The notes beneath the pieces were generated by a model that ran no database searches, was not told where the DNA came from, and saw only the letters and a list, made by a program, of their open reading frames with translations. The translations under genes and the position numbers were made by a program. 64,000 nucleotides of DNA from Ascidiella aspersa (Eukaryota): the NCBI GenBank assembly GCA_963924565.1, contig OZ004609.1, positions 17,918,001 to 17,982,000 of the forward strand, in the 5' to 3' direction. This document shows, in pieces, positions 14,101 to 28,180 of this stretch. How positions within the stretch are numbered: position 1 is the stretch's first letter; the number at the start of each line of letters is the position of its first letter.

Positions 14101-17100
14101 ATCGTTGTTGTTGTAAATCTCGCCATCTGATTTGTGGTTGGGTATTTTAGAACACCAGACAAATGTTGTTATTTTGTTGCTTTGTGAGAATAACAAAAAA
14201 AGAAGATACCGGTAAATAAAACATCCAATTCAAAGACCTGAAACCCATGAAGGTTGGACAACTATGGAGGCTCTTTAAATAGAATCGCCGTACCAAAATT
14301 TTGTTTAGTTAGTAAACAATTTATTTTTTCCGCGTTGATTCCACGGTTACTCTATTAGTGAAGGAATGTTGTCGTTCAGCAACCTAAATTTTACTATTAG
14401 GTGTTGTTGAAAGCCTATACGTTTCAAACCGAACCAAAAGCTATTGCACACCAATATTATGTCTAGAGTTGACTCGAATTTGAACGATATGACCCACTTC
14501 GTTGCTTTTGGCTGAATTTTTCCTTTACGTAGGAAAGTATTTTCAATTACTAGCTTGGTATTGCATATGCCGCAGACTACTTCGAAAATCAGGTTGCCTG
14601 ATATGTTTTAGCCAATCCGACTTCAAAAACTCTGCTATAAGACTAGAACATTTCTAAATGGCTTTATGAAGAAATGAAAAAAAGGTATTTTTAGTATGGT
14701 CACGTGATCTTCTAGGATTTGCTTCTGGCGGCAAACCTCTTTAACTTTTTTAGTAACTGTAATTCTACTTCTAACAATGTGGTACTGTTGTTTTTATCTG
14801 CACAGGACGCCGTTATTGCCCAGGCCAAACAACGTAAAATTAGTATCGTATTTATGCTAACCAACGACTTGGCGTACTGTTCCCCTGTTCCAGACCAAAG
14901 ATATTCACAATGTCAAGAGCTGTATAAGCGCATCGCACAAGAGACTGGCGGAAAAGTAAGTAGGTTTGGTATTATTTAAAAATAACTTTTTTCTATAATC
15001 AATACCTTTTTTAGAAACAAATTTTTTTAAAACAAAGTTTTAATTTTACTTTGTCTGCCTAAAAGCAAAATATTTTTCCTTGTTGAAGTTGACATAGTTT
15101 AAAAGGTGGACTATATGAATAGTGAATACCGTTTTGCCATGGCGGCGTTAATAGCCCGTATACATGTGAAACCGGACCTTTGGCTTTCAGGTTTTTGTCA
15201 CTTCAAAGCACTCATTTTTCAAGGCCACAGAAATCGTTCAAAACAACGTAAAGCAAGGAATTGTTGTGCTCAAACAAGTATCTTTGGAGCGCACCACAGG
15301 TAGGCAATAGATTACACGATAAATCAAAAAATTACTTATGTTAGTATTATATCCGACACGACTGTCAACCTTTGTTTATGGGGGTCTCTATTTTTTTTTT
15401 TTTTTATAAAAAAGATAAAAAGTAACTTCTCAAATGCCAACTGTTTTCTGCAACCAGGTGCCAACCACCGCGTATACTTCGACGTGGATAGCAGCGTCAG
15501 CGAATTGTTCATCGAAGCTGTTGGAGGTTGTGGTGAAAATGGACCTATCATTCGACAGCCGGGATCGAGCAATCAAACTCAGATGTGGACGTACGTACGA
15601 TATTTTTAGATCAATGTCGTGTTTTATTTGCAATGGCGAGGCGATATGTTTTTATAAACATTTATAGTTCGCGTTTACCTAGATTTGGTTTTCCTATTTT
15701 ACATTTGAGAGAGCAACATAATCCCGTTGGCCATTATAACGGGTGAGAATATTCCCTCGAAGCCGTATAACAGATTCTTCGAACCAAAATAAAAATAGTA
15801 TTTTGAAATAAAAGTTGAAAACTTATTGTTTTAGTGATATTGTTTGCAACCTGGGGTCGCGATCTCCAAGGGGTCAGAGCTTATATTGAGGGATCGCCAT
15901 GTACTATTTGGTAAAGGAAAACTTATCTGGAAATACTCATATAAACTTACATTAAACCATTGCCCAAGAACAAAGGCACCCGGCGATATGACTTTTGTAT
16001 TTATGCCATTTTATGTCAGGTGAACTAATCGTGTTTATGACGGAAACATTAGTGTAATGTCAATCAATGGAAGGATCCCGAAGACATTTTTTGCGACAAT
16101 CGACAAAATGTCTTTAACAACATTACACGTAATTAATATCTTTGTTACAACAAATTACCCACTTAAAAAATTCATCTAAAAATTAAAAAAATCTAAAAGA
16201 AAACAATGTACAGGTATAAAACAGTAAAGTGTTGTTCTTGAACAGGCCTCTGTTATATTAGATTTGCATGATGATCGATTCGATCTTATACATCCTTTTG
16301 CAAAGGGGATTTGTTGACCGAGACAAGGTTTTCATTTTACGGGCTAATAGCGCGAGCGTTACCTCACTTGAGAGAGGGTTTGTTTTAAACCACTTGCGTG
16401 ACACTGGTATGCCACTGGTCCCTATATAAATATCTGGATGAGACCACACACAGAAATTGATGGTAATCTATCACTTATGGCTGATAATGCTTGGCAGGTG
16501 AAAAACGAATACTCTTAAGCTACTGCAAATTGTTGTAAACAGTGCAAACTTCTCAAGGTATGACAATTGTACAGAGGGATGCCATGCTCGCAAAGCAATT
16601 AAATATCCTTTACTGGTAATTGGCAGATCAGCACGCTCCACTATTATATTATTTTTAGAAAATCAATGTTTAAGAGCGAATTAACCAAACGTAAATAAAC
16701 CATGACTTATGAAAATAATAACATACCATATAAACTTGGCCAAACAAGCGTCACACTCGTGCCCACTGCTTGATGTCCGGTGGGTCCTTGACACGGCAGA
16801 ACGCGGCCCAAAAGGCGGCACAAACTTCACTGAGAAGAAGCTTAGGTGTACTAAGGCGTGACGACTCTTGACTTTGAAACAATCGCGCCCCAAAAGCGGG
16901 AGTTTGGCGCGGGCCGCACAATTGCCACTTGATTCCGGCCGTAGTCGCGCTTACCGATTCAGGGTTGTGTGTCGTGACAATGGCCTGTTGTAGAGCAAAA
17001 TACACGTTGTCAGGACAGCGGATAATCCGAGAGTAAAGTCATTTGCTTGGTTTGCTTTCTTGTCTGCGGTCTGCCTCATGAAATCTCTTGTCGTTTGATG

Positions 17101-20100
17101 CGCCTCTTTATAAACAGTGGTCCGTGGGCCTATCAAACACGTCGTTATTGAAGACTAAGGGTAGTGTTATCGACTTCAAGATTTTAAGGTAATGTCAAAC
17201 GGATTTACGGGCTATCATTAGCGTTCTTCCAGTTCAAAATTTTAAACATAACATCAAACTTGCCCAGCTTTCGCACAAATTACCGGTTGAAGGTTTTTTT
17301 TGATGCAAAAGAAAAGGAAACAGTTGCCGTTTTTGATTCACGATTACATAAAAGTTCTTTACACCTGTTACATTTACATCGTTTAATAACAGATCTACGT
17401 GTTGCCAAATGCTACCCGCGACCTACGAAGAATAGTTCTCATGCTTGTCGCATGATTATGATGCATTGCTCCACTTTAGTTGATGCAATTGAAAGCTGGT
17501 GTTAATTATTGCGATAATATCACTTCACATTAAGTAAAACATAAGGCAGGGAATCACTACAAAATGAGCTTTAAGTAATTGCACACATCTGCAATCGCAC
17601 AAAAGCCTATTATTTGTTTTCTAAATCTATTTTGTGAAATAAGTTGCTGGACCTTAAAAATTCGCATCGCCCACCTTAAATTATACGTTAAGAATGGTGC
17701 AAATCAACTGGCCAACTTCTCCTTTGAAACTGCATTCTGCGAGTACAAATATTTGGCCAGCATCGAATTCAGTCATCGCGCTTTCCAATGTTTTACCTTT
17801 CACGTCGGTGCTTCTGACGCGGCCACATAAGAAGATGCAGCACAGTCAGTGGCGGCTGGCCTTTGAAGCTATATTGACTTGCCAATAAAATTATCTTCCG
17901 TTGCTCGATCAGGCGTTACCGCACACTAAAAAACCACGTGAGGAAAGTTGCACGCGTTTGTTGTGGTTCTTGTTAAGCTGACTGGCGGTCTGAGGTTCTA
18001 TCCGCTAAAACCAAACACTGTGTTACGCTACCTTTTTGTGCAGTGAAATTGGAAACATCGTGTGTACAGGTGCACTCTCGCAAAGTAATCCTTGTTCAAA
18101 CAGACGGACAGTCGGACAGGTTGTTATTCTCTCACCTACGATAAGGCCTTACTTTCTAAATCTCAGTATGCTACAGGGTGGAAAATTCATTTACGAACTA
18201 TTTAGAAGTGCTCGTGAAATTTGTCCGTTTCAAGATGTGCTTTACGAAAATACACCTGCGGATTAACTTCATCTGTATTGGCTGGAATATTTTAGGCCTA
18301 ATGTTAATAATTCGATTCTATGTTTTTGCAATCGGACACAAAGCTTGCACACGAGAAAAAAAAACGCCTGCAAGTTTTTTCGCTGTATTTTTTTGTCGGC
18401 TGATCTGAGATCCTGCATGAATAGAATCGAAATCGAAAGCATCTTACTTGGCGTCAATGTGCTTTTCGAAATGCGCCGTGTGTGGCGGAAGTAAACAACA
18501 AGCAAGCAAAACACGAGAGGCTCCCTCCGCGTCTAGCTGACCCAGAACTCAGTGACCTATTAAAACAAGAGTTAACCCTGGCACGGAGTTTGCGTCTGGC
18601 GTTTTGCTGCCCTAAAGCTTCTAAACGGAAACCGACACCTTAGATCGATTTTAGATTTCGCCAGGCGAATCGCTAACCTTGACCACCTGTCCTCGTAAGC
18701 TCTTGCAGTTGATTTTAAAATACGAACATCAGTCGCTCACCAACCGAAAAAGAAACTGTGTTAGCATATATTTCCTATACGTATCGCGTGTCGACAGACT
18801 GTCCACAAAACCGTTTATGAGGAATTTAGCGTTACTTTTCAGAAGCAAGTGAATGCTTCTCAGATGATGCGCCGGTGAAAATCGAAACACTTGTTTTTCA
18901 TGGTCATTTAACCATGCTACTGTCATTGGTATATGGCCCCTGTATGCCTTGTAACGCGTAATTCACCAAGCAAAACACGTGTGTCGTGTTGGCCTAAGTT
19001 GCGAAAGTTATCTTTTATTTATTGTAGTATTGTATACACCTCACAAGTTGTAATGCCATTAACACAAAATAAAAATAACTTTTATTTTCCTATTTACTTA
19101 TAACCGTTAAAAATAAATTATCGCAAACCTATTTTTTTATAATATTTCTATTGATTCCCGTTTAGCGTCGGTGACCTCTATTCAGCTTCTGTGGACGTGT
19201 CGGGTAACTTCGGCAAATGGTTTCTTGTGGTCGGCATCGTAAACAACTGCGACATCACCATATCAGGAAGGTCAACGTTCGGTTTCTTGAGCAACTCATT
19301 TGTCAAAGTTGGCGGAGAAGGAATATCCTCGTTTGAGGTATATGGTTCAACTAAAAAAAAAAACAAGTAGACGTATTTGTCAATGGAACTTGACTATCAT
19401 TTGTATTTGTTCCAAAACAGTGGATACTTGTAATTTACCAGGGTATAAGCAATGATCTAGGTGTTTTTAAACCAATAAGAGTGTAAATTTACATAATCTA
19501 AGCGAAAAAAATGACATTGGTTGGGTATAAAACGCAAAAAACATTTTGGACGTAACCGCTTACGTTTGGCGATGTGTTGTTATTCAGCGAGTTTGTGAGA
19601 TACTGTTGATTAAACTAAAAATATACATTTATCGTATAACATCTAAAGTTTTAAACAAACTGATTTTTGCTTTACTAAGTTTTGTACTTGGTTTGATCCA
19701 TATCATTGATGTGCAACCGGAATCGTTTCGAATATTAGTATTCCTGACAAATGCCCGATATACTGGATACGAAACAGGCCATTGTGTCGCAAATTGTCTA
19801 ACTTAATGTTTTTTAGCGTTTCAGTTATCACAATAATAGGCTTGTTTAAACGATCCTAACCGAACCTATATAATCCCTAAATTGGTTGTAGATAAAATTA
19901 AATGTTAAGAATAATTTACCAGGTCGCAAACGTCCCGCTTAAAGTTGTCAAATCAGCGGCTTATTGAACAGCCAGGGCTATATGCCGTTTCCAAACATTC
20001 AACCATGACTTAGTTTAAACTTTTGCCAACTCTCGGGGTCTTATGTCTATCATGTTTCATGCGGTATGGTAATCGCCCTTTGTGGATGACGTCAGTGCTT

Positions 20101-23100
20101 TCAGGTAGAAGAGAGTTATATATCAATCACAAAAACATGGCAACATTACGATGGCCACGTTTAAATGTTAGCGTATTTATTACAAAACAAGGAAAATACT
20201 TAAATACCTGTTTTGCATGAGATCCGTTCAGTTTATAAATCTAACATGTAGGTGTTTAAACTTACGAAACGTGGCAAGGTGACATTAAAAGCTTTACCAA
20301 CCGCCAAATAAACAACAACTTTAATTGTGTTTGACAACTGAAATCATTTCGAATGGTTTCTTAGTATTGCCGCCCGCACCTTGTATCAATATTGCTGTAG
20401 GACTAAGTATATTATGTGGCAAACCATCATTCCAAATTGTACGCCACGTCGTTCTTATAGTGCAAAAACTATTTTTATTTGCTTCATGGGGCCAGAAGTA
20501 TGTGTTGTTGCCTGGGTATATTTAGTTCTTGTTTGCCTAGCAATGCTTACTCGCTCAAATAGGTACAACGAGGCCAAGTAGTTGTGAATGACCACGCCAA
20601 ATGGCACGATTGAGGACTGTTTGTCACGTCTCAGGCAACAGGTCCAATGCCAATAGCGATCTCGTAATGCCATTTACTTAGCCATTAGCGATGCGGGTAG
20701 CTTATTCAGGGTCCAACGACTGCTAATACAATCGATGTTTTTATCGTGCCGTATCTTGTTTAATGTGAAGTGCTGGTAGCGAATGTGTTAGTTTTTCTGC
20801 TAATATAATGTCCGCCATGGCGTCGGATAATCTCGCGTCCGGCGCCACCACGCACTGACCTTAACTAGGTCTCTCGTGGTTTGTGCCTTTTGAAGGTTGT
20901 TTTCCTACTCTTGACCTGTCTTAGATTATAGCCTTTAGAGTTAGACGGTTGACGCGCCTATTTGAGCGAAACGACCGCTCGCGTTCAAATTGCTGTTTGA
21001 GGGTCGTGGCCTCATGCGTACACAATGGCCGTGGACACACGAGCAACTCCGACAATGGTGACCCTTGAAGGGTATGACCAAAAAAATAGCGTGGCCACAT
21101 TGTTTGAGGCTTTAGATAAAAACACGAATCACCATGTAAATAGAATTGACAAATATAAAGAGTAAATACGTTTGTATTTGTCCTACTCTCGTTAAATATG
21201 ATTTGTGACACTATTTAACCTAATTATTTAATGTTGGTATAAAATACGTCTGTGGTATTGCAATTTATTTACCGGTCAACAAGTTGTGGGTCTAAATTGA
21301 TTACCTTGATTTAATTGTGGTATAAGTTACCTATCAAGAAATTATTTTTTTGCCTTTATTCGAGTGTAAATCAAGTGCGTGGGTATGATCTACCAATACG
21401 ACATTACCATAACGGTCCAACAGCATGTAAGTGCGAATCTTACAAAATATACGCACCAAAAAACTCCAGAACACGACCCAAAGCCACACTACGTCGAATG
21501 TTAATTTATACTAGTACAGAAAGATTTATAACAAATTGCCGTTGCTTGTTCGCCTAATACTTTTACAGATGCCTGTTGGCAGTATCAGAGCTCGTCCGAT
21601 TCCAAGGTGGTATCAAATTAGTATGGGAATTTCAGCCATAATTTGCAATAGAACGCAATGGTTCTTCCTTGAAAGGTAAATTCATTGTAAGATAGCAGGT
21701 TAATAACCAATTAACCAATGTTAAATGAACCTCTTAACGCGAAATCAAATATTGGCCCAATTACCTGGGGAAATTACCTTTGAAAAAATGCCTATCATCC
21801 AAGAGAGTTCACTAAAGTGTCTACCGCAAATCTGGTATGTTATAAACTATATTTATTAATTTTTTGATATATATCTTATTAAGGTAATGAGTGTCCAGTG
21901 TCACCTGAGTGGTTCACTTTTATTTATCGACATATGTACTCAAGACATCTATCTTCCATTTCTAGTTAGATAATCTTGTGCGAAACACTTGCAGCGACTA
22001 GACGGCATTCCATCTGCAGCCGACCAAGTCATGATAATACTGGACGCTTATGGATCCGGAGGTAACCGGACTGGAGTGGTGGACAGGGTGCGTTTCATGG
22101 ATAGCAATGGACGCAAAGAGATCGGCGTTCTTCCGGTGGAAAGTCAAAGTCTGTCAGACCTCTCGTACAAGATCGGGGTTCAAGGACCACCCCACCCCTT
22201 CAGTATGGTGGTTGAGGGACATGAAATTTTAAGTAAGCAGGCGTGTTTAAAGAAAATACGTTAGGATAAATACATAACAATTTGATTGAATCTCTCGCAG
22301 ACAATATGCTTAAAGAGAGATGTTCGTGTTGTAAATTCTTTCAATTTAAAAACGAAAAAACCAGATTACCAAATGCAGAAGTGGGTTGTTTGAAACAACA
22401 CACATACGCACACAGATTATTTGAATAAAAAAAGATGAACAAATTCAAAATGGCGATCGTTTAAAAATATCACTTTCGCATGAAGTATGAAACGTATTTG
22501 TTTGTGGCGACATATTGTTTAAGGCCGTTCTCCCACTTGGAACTATCACAACCAACAAACGCATACAGTTGATGATAGCCAAACATTGTGGTAGACCTAT
22601 CGACACACACGCTGCACAAGTCCAATTCGCGGAACTGGGTAAACAAACCGATGCGCGGCAGCCCAGGGGAATTTACAATCCCAGCAATGTATTTTAAACA
22701 GGGCGCAAGTTTGTCGGCTGCCAATTAATCTGTCGATTTTGAAGGTTTAGCCAGCGTAGATGATTTATGTGAAAAACACCAACTGCTTTGCGTATGGATT
22801 GGTAATATACGTGACGATTTCGGTGTGCTGCCTATATGCCCGTTTTTATATTTTTTTTAAGAAAAAGAAGCGGTGTCATTTTTTTTCGTTCAACATTCAA
22901 TCCACTATACGTACGCTTAACGCTCATCTCTCATTTAATGACAACTGAGAAGTTTAGTAAAGAAGCCTCATTTACACGCTATATATCGCCCCTATCAAGA
23001 ACCCACCTTGTTTTGGAATCACACCGGTTATATAGTGTTTGGAATATTTTGTGACAATGTGATATTGACCGAATTAACAGAAAAAATATTTAAAATCGCT

Positions 23101-26100
23101 GTCGACACTTTATGCTTTTATTGCTTTAATACTACCAAATTAGCTTTATTTTTACGGGGCGCAAAACATATGGTTAAACTTTGTTGAATTATATTGTCAA
23201 AATAACGTTTTCGGTTGTGTGTATGCTCTCCCCTTATTCGATTCTATTTGCTTTGATGTCCGCTATTCCTGGATTTTCATATCGCGAGTTGTATTTATGA
23301 GTGCCAGAGCCGTTAATATCGGAATTTGGCCACCAACGACTTAGGGAGTAACTATACATATATTTTGGTTTACCGCTTTGAGAAAGAACTACCCCAACGT
23401 ACAATCTGTATAATGTAACTTCAGCTGTATAGTCTAAGTAGCTTCCGTTTGTAAAATATCCTAGTTATTTTGAAGCACGTTATGTATGACTTTAGATTGA
23501 AGTAGCACAACAATATACGGCTCTTTGGTGAAAATTTAACAAGAAATATTGATTTTTTGTTTTACTAAATGATATCTATTAAGTTTATTCACATTACGAA
23601 ATGTAACGAACGTTCCCCTATAAATACTAAAAAAAACTTTTTACCTCCATATTTTATATAACTATAACCAAAATGACGATCATTCCATAATAAAAAAACT
23701 TTTTATAATTTGCGATTTATGCCGAATATGTAGCACGCACTGGAACACACACGGCTCTTGACTTGTGCGGCGGCGATTCACACCGTATCGCCACCAGCCG
23801 GGGTACAACTTGGCGAAAGTCGACACCTCCTGCCAACGCCCGCTTTGTAATAGGACACAGTGCGGTTGAGAGCAATCGATTCGACCTGGCAAGTCAAGCG
23901 TACTCTGGCGCTCCGGACGAAAGCATTCCCACGCTCGCTTTGTTTGTTGTTTAAACGCGCTTGTACCTTGGCCGTGCCTTTTGGCTCCCCATAGATAAAG
24001 AAAATGCCCAATGTTGTTTTCCACTGTGAGATTCATTTGTGGATGATCGCGTTTAATTTGGACACAATGGGCTGTAATTAGAATTTGGTAAGTATTTTAG
24101 GATGCAGACTGTCTGGCCTTTACTTATTGTACCCCGTTTGCAATATAACCCCCCTAGCTGAGTGTGAATGAATTATCTGTTTACAGGTTAAATACGCCTA
24201 CATATTATTTCCATTTTATACATAAACTTTTACCAGTAATGCATTGCGACAATATTGTAAACTTACATTTTTATAGGTCAAAATCAGAAAATTTAAGCCA
24301 AGGGATCTTGTTTTGTGATTCGCTTTACAAATTCATGATTTTACAGGTTTTGTGAATTTTAATTTGATTTTTACCTTTTTACAAAACTGCTCAGAGTGTA
24401 CTTATTTTTTTGCTATTTTTATCTGGAGTACTATTTGAAAACCATGCGTACATATACTACACAACTGTTTAGGCCAGACCTTGGGCGGCCCGCCAAGCGT
24501 TTCAATCCGGCCCGCGGCTCATTTTTCTTAAAATACAAACCAGGGCGACCTTCTACATGTTTGTTGAAATATAAATATCCACTCTTTTCCAGTGGATCTA
24601 TGTCCCCGCAAAACTCCATTTTTAGCCTGTTTTAAAGACTAAAATGGAAATTGTTTTCGCGTTCCGCGCGAATCTCTTTTGTCTTTCTCGTAAGTTCCAC
24701 GTGTTTTTGAGCATCTTTACAGACAAATTTCGCCCCGCACTGTGACACTCTTTCAAACGAAAATTTACTTAGCTTATTATTTGCAAAACAATTTGTTGCG
24801 CTTCGATCGAATATATTCCGTCTTCAAAATATGAACGAAATAGCGGCCGTTTTCCAACCTCTGAAACATACCGATAAACATTTCGACAACCTAATTTGGT
24901 TAATGCCATGTTTGTGTTTCTACCGATTTATACTATCTTTGCGATAAGGCCATTGTGAGAAACACATCGACAACTTTTTAGCTTTGAAAAGCAAAAAAAG
25001 GCATTATAAGTTGGTGTGTGTAAGATTTTCACGTATTTTAACCTTTAGTTGATGGGTTAATTCCCACAGCCACTTGATAATGCCAACCTATGAAGGAATG
25101 CACATATATATTTTTGTGCTCAATGCGTCACATCTCCCTCTAAATTCGAATTAAAGTTAACACCCGCGATTTTTTGCTATGCCTTTTTGTCTGCTTTTCT
25201 ACAGATCGACTTTATTTTCGCATTTGCGCACAACTTCCAACATAATAGCATGTATTTAGCTTACTTGTTTTATAGCGTCAAAGTATGGCGTCATATGGCG
25301 TGTATTTTAGATACTATTTTTGACTCAGCCCGCCACAACATTTTATGTTTCTTATGCGGCCCACGGAAAAAAATAATTGCCCAACCCTGGTTTAGGCTAT
25401 AAGTGTGTTAACACTTGGTTCACAATAAACAAAAAAAATATATTTTATTTTCTATTAAATTTCAATTTGCTGTACACATGTTGCATACGTAGTGTACAAG
25501 TTTAACGAGCAGCACCTGGCTCTAAGTAAATATACTGACTCCAGCTGTGCAACCCTTGGTGCGCCCAGGTATCAAGGACATATTTCCGGCGATGTTAACA
25601 AAAAAGCTATAACGGTAATAAATCTGGCACGTTGCTGTGTTTGGCCAGTCAGGTTTTTTCCCTGCTTAACTGCCAATTATTTTCAACATGCGTACACCGC
25701 TGGGTGAAAGCATTTTAGAAACCCTTGTTGAGTTACGAAGCTAGTACGACTAGCTTTTCTGCCTCTTGCGACATTTACTGTCACGGTGCTCCTGCGCAAT
25801 GTCTTTGAATTATGGCTTGAAACGCCGCTTTGCCATTATGCTAATGCCGCAAACTGGCAAAACAAGCGCACTGAAATCGTTTGAAGTTTCGTCTCTCGTT
25901 CGCTTTCCGGTGACTTTAACGTGTTGACAAGATTGAAATTTATTTTTAAATTAGCCATGACTGAGTTAATAATATACGCATATCAGTCATATCACGTTGT
26001 CGAGGGATGAATATAGTGTGATTGTAAAACTTTTGTGTGATGTTTGTAATGGTTGTTTGATTGTATAAGTATAGTCATAACCTGCTTCGAACAACATGCT

Positions 26101-28180
26101 GACGCAGTTGTGTATCATTTACTGTCAAAATCTCGTACGTCATTACATTGTAATCACGTCACATGCTACTGTGTTTTAAGGTAACTGTTATGCAACAAAC
26201 TTTTTTTGTAATTTAGAGCTGTGAGATCGCACATCTCTGGCGCCGGCGATTCCTGCAATTGAGTTTAACGACTGCGAAAGCTGTACATTTCGTGGCTCTT
26301 CAGGCCCAATTTGAACTTTTCGTAAACAAACCGCGAGACGAATCAAGGCACGCCGCAATCGTACTCGGTAGCATTTTAATGGTCGGAACTTGTCTGGCTA
26401 GTTCAGATTTGTGCATGGAATTTCGCCTTTTGTGCAATAAAAGAGCCAATAAACAGAGCTTTCTGAGTAACATTTCCCTCGAACTGTTATTATTTCCCTT
26501 GAACTGAATCATTCTACTGAACTCTGTGTCAAGGTAAATACATTTAAATTGATGATGGTTTCCTGGGATTTATTGTATCAGTCAGTTGGTAGTTTTTCCT
26601 TTTTCAAATACGTCCAAAATTTCACATAATTTTCATTAAAATATTTTTTATTTCTCAGGTATCATGTTTTAATATTTAGCTCCCATGTATCGAGACTTCC
26701 CTTACCGCCATTTTATTAAACTGCCTTCTCCAATTTTAGGCGAATCTTTAGACGGACAAGACCGAATCAAAAGGGATTTGGAGCAAGGTGTGTTGTATAA
26801 AGTGTTCGACGATATATATTTTTATTGTAATTAATAGCAAGGAACTTTTTTATCGAAGAAAACATAATATTGTCATTAAACCACCGAAATTTCTCTGCTT
26901 CACTGAATTTATGTTGAAATATTATCAAATCTTTGATTTATATTAATTGTTAAACATTAGAATTATGATTTGTTATAAACCTGTTGGGATGGACTTTTCT
27001 ACAAGTATTATTTTAAATTACATCACGTTTTTTTATCTGTTTCCTAGTCGTGGTGACACACATTTATAAGATGCCGCGCTTATTTGCACGCTTGTATTGC
27101 TTAATTAAAATAAATATTCAATATTCTATTATTCACCTCTCCTTATCTATTTATAATACTTCTTTAAGATGTATTATATGTGGAATTGGAATAACACGTA
27201 TTTTAACTATAGTCAAAAAACTTGCTTTCACCTAGTCATCAAAAGCGTTATACTCATCTAGAATATGTTTTTTTTTTATAAGTTCCAGCTTAAATTTTGA
27301 TTGATTGTACAGGACAAGGACGACCATTCAGTAGAGTGGTCGGTGGCACAATCAGCACATCTAATGTCACAGTGTCGTGCAACCTATCAGAGGTCGTTTT
27401 TCGTCCCGGAGTGATCGTTGCATTCAAAGTGGCGGTGACAAACTTCGGCGCAAATGTAAGATTACGCAGTCATAGGGTTTACTTGTTTTTCAATGTTCAC
27501 GATTTTCCGGTTTTAAGCGCCTAACGTGCCTTCCAATGCATATAGAAAAAAAATAGCTAAGTAAAACAACACTGTGGCCTACATATACTGCCATGAAAAA
27601 AGTTGCTTTATCCTTTTGTTTTGTAGGACTCTTTTCTAGTCAGTGCTACCGACACCATGGGATTTGTTAGCCTGTTGTCACATGCACAAGTTCGCATTGC
27701 TCATGGACAAACCAAGTTCTTTAATCTTCATATGTTGGCTCCGGGAAAAACCAAAGAGGGAGTCGCAACGGATGTCACCTTTACCGGTCAGTAAAGGGAC
27801 CCAGATTATAATTTTTTTTTTTAATTTTTATGTGGAAACTATAGTTAAATATCTGCGCCTGACTATAAATTTAACATTTTTATTTGCGCATTTACTAAAA
27901 TTCATTAATTATGAATGAAACATACTTAGGAGTTGTAAAATAGCGACACACAATAAGAAAATAGTTGTGTTGCTCCGTTATTTTATTTAATTTCGTTGAA
28001 AAAGGACTGAGAACTCATCGGCATGACGAAAAATTACCTACATAAGATAACGCCAAATACGCATTTATTAAGTAAAACTAACTGCTGATAGACATACTGT
28101 CCATTCACTGTGTTTTTGTTACAGCCAAGGGAAACTCACCAGGGTCCTTTCAATACAGCACCTGTACAGCAGTTGTTGGC
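11189..28180 (+). other. VWA7/hemicentin-like half of the chimeric gene (shortened N-terminal domain, vWA, beta-rich domains)
   Basis: LFRAYYG...F(K)KA and LARHTMG, then LAFVIDDTGSMGGEI, FVLVPFNDPRVGP, GGGDAPELCLRGIQIAL, YKRIAQETGGKV, FDVDSSV, GKW and PFSMVVEG. The order follows VWA7-family proteins as I recall them. Confidence 0.8.

Noticed and set aside
17393-17505. Plus-strand Cys-containing frame after an AG (DLRVAKCYP...SWC*)
   Set aside because: Phase does not fit host exon 7 and no supporting first exon was found.
20551-20969. 13-bp inverted repeat TCGCTCAAATAGG / CCTATTTGAGCGA around a GC-richer island with short Cys-rich frames
   Set aside because: The match does not extend, there is no TSD and no coherent spliced ORF was found.
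22470-22724. Minus ORF containing LDLCSVC, similar to TICSVC of the second nested ORF
   Set aside because: Non-ATG start directly after a stop, no signal peptide or usable acceptor; CxxC arises often by chance.
23680-24036. 118-aa minus ORF in a GC-richer intronic island
   Set aside because: No signal peptide, motif or splice support; more likely a regulatory element.
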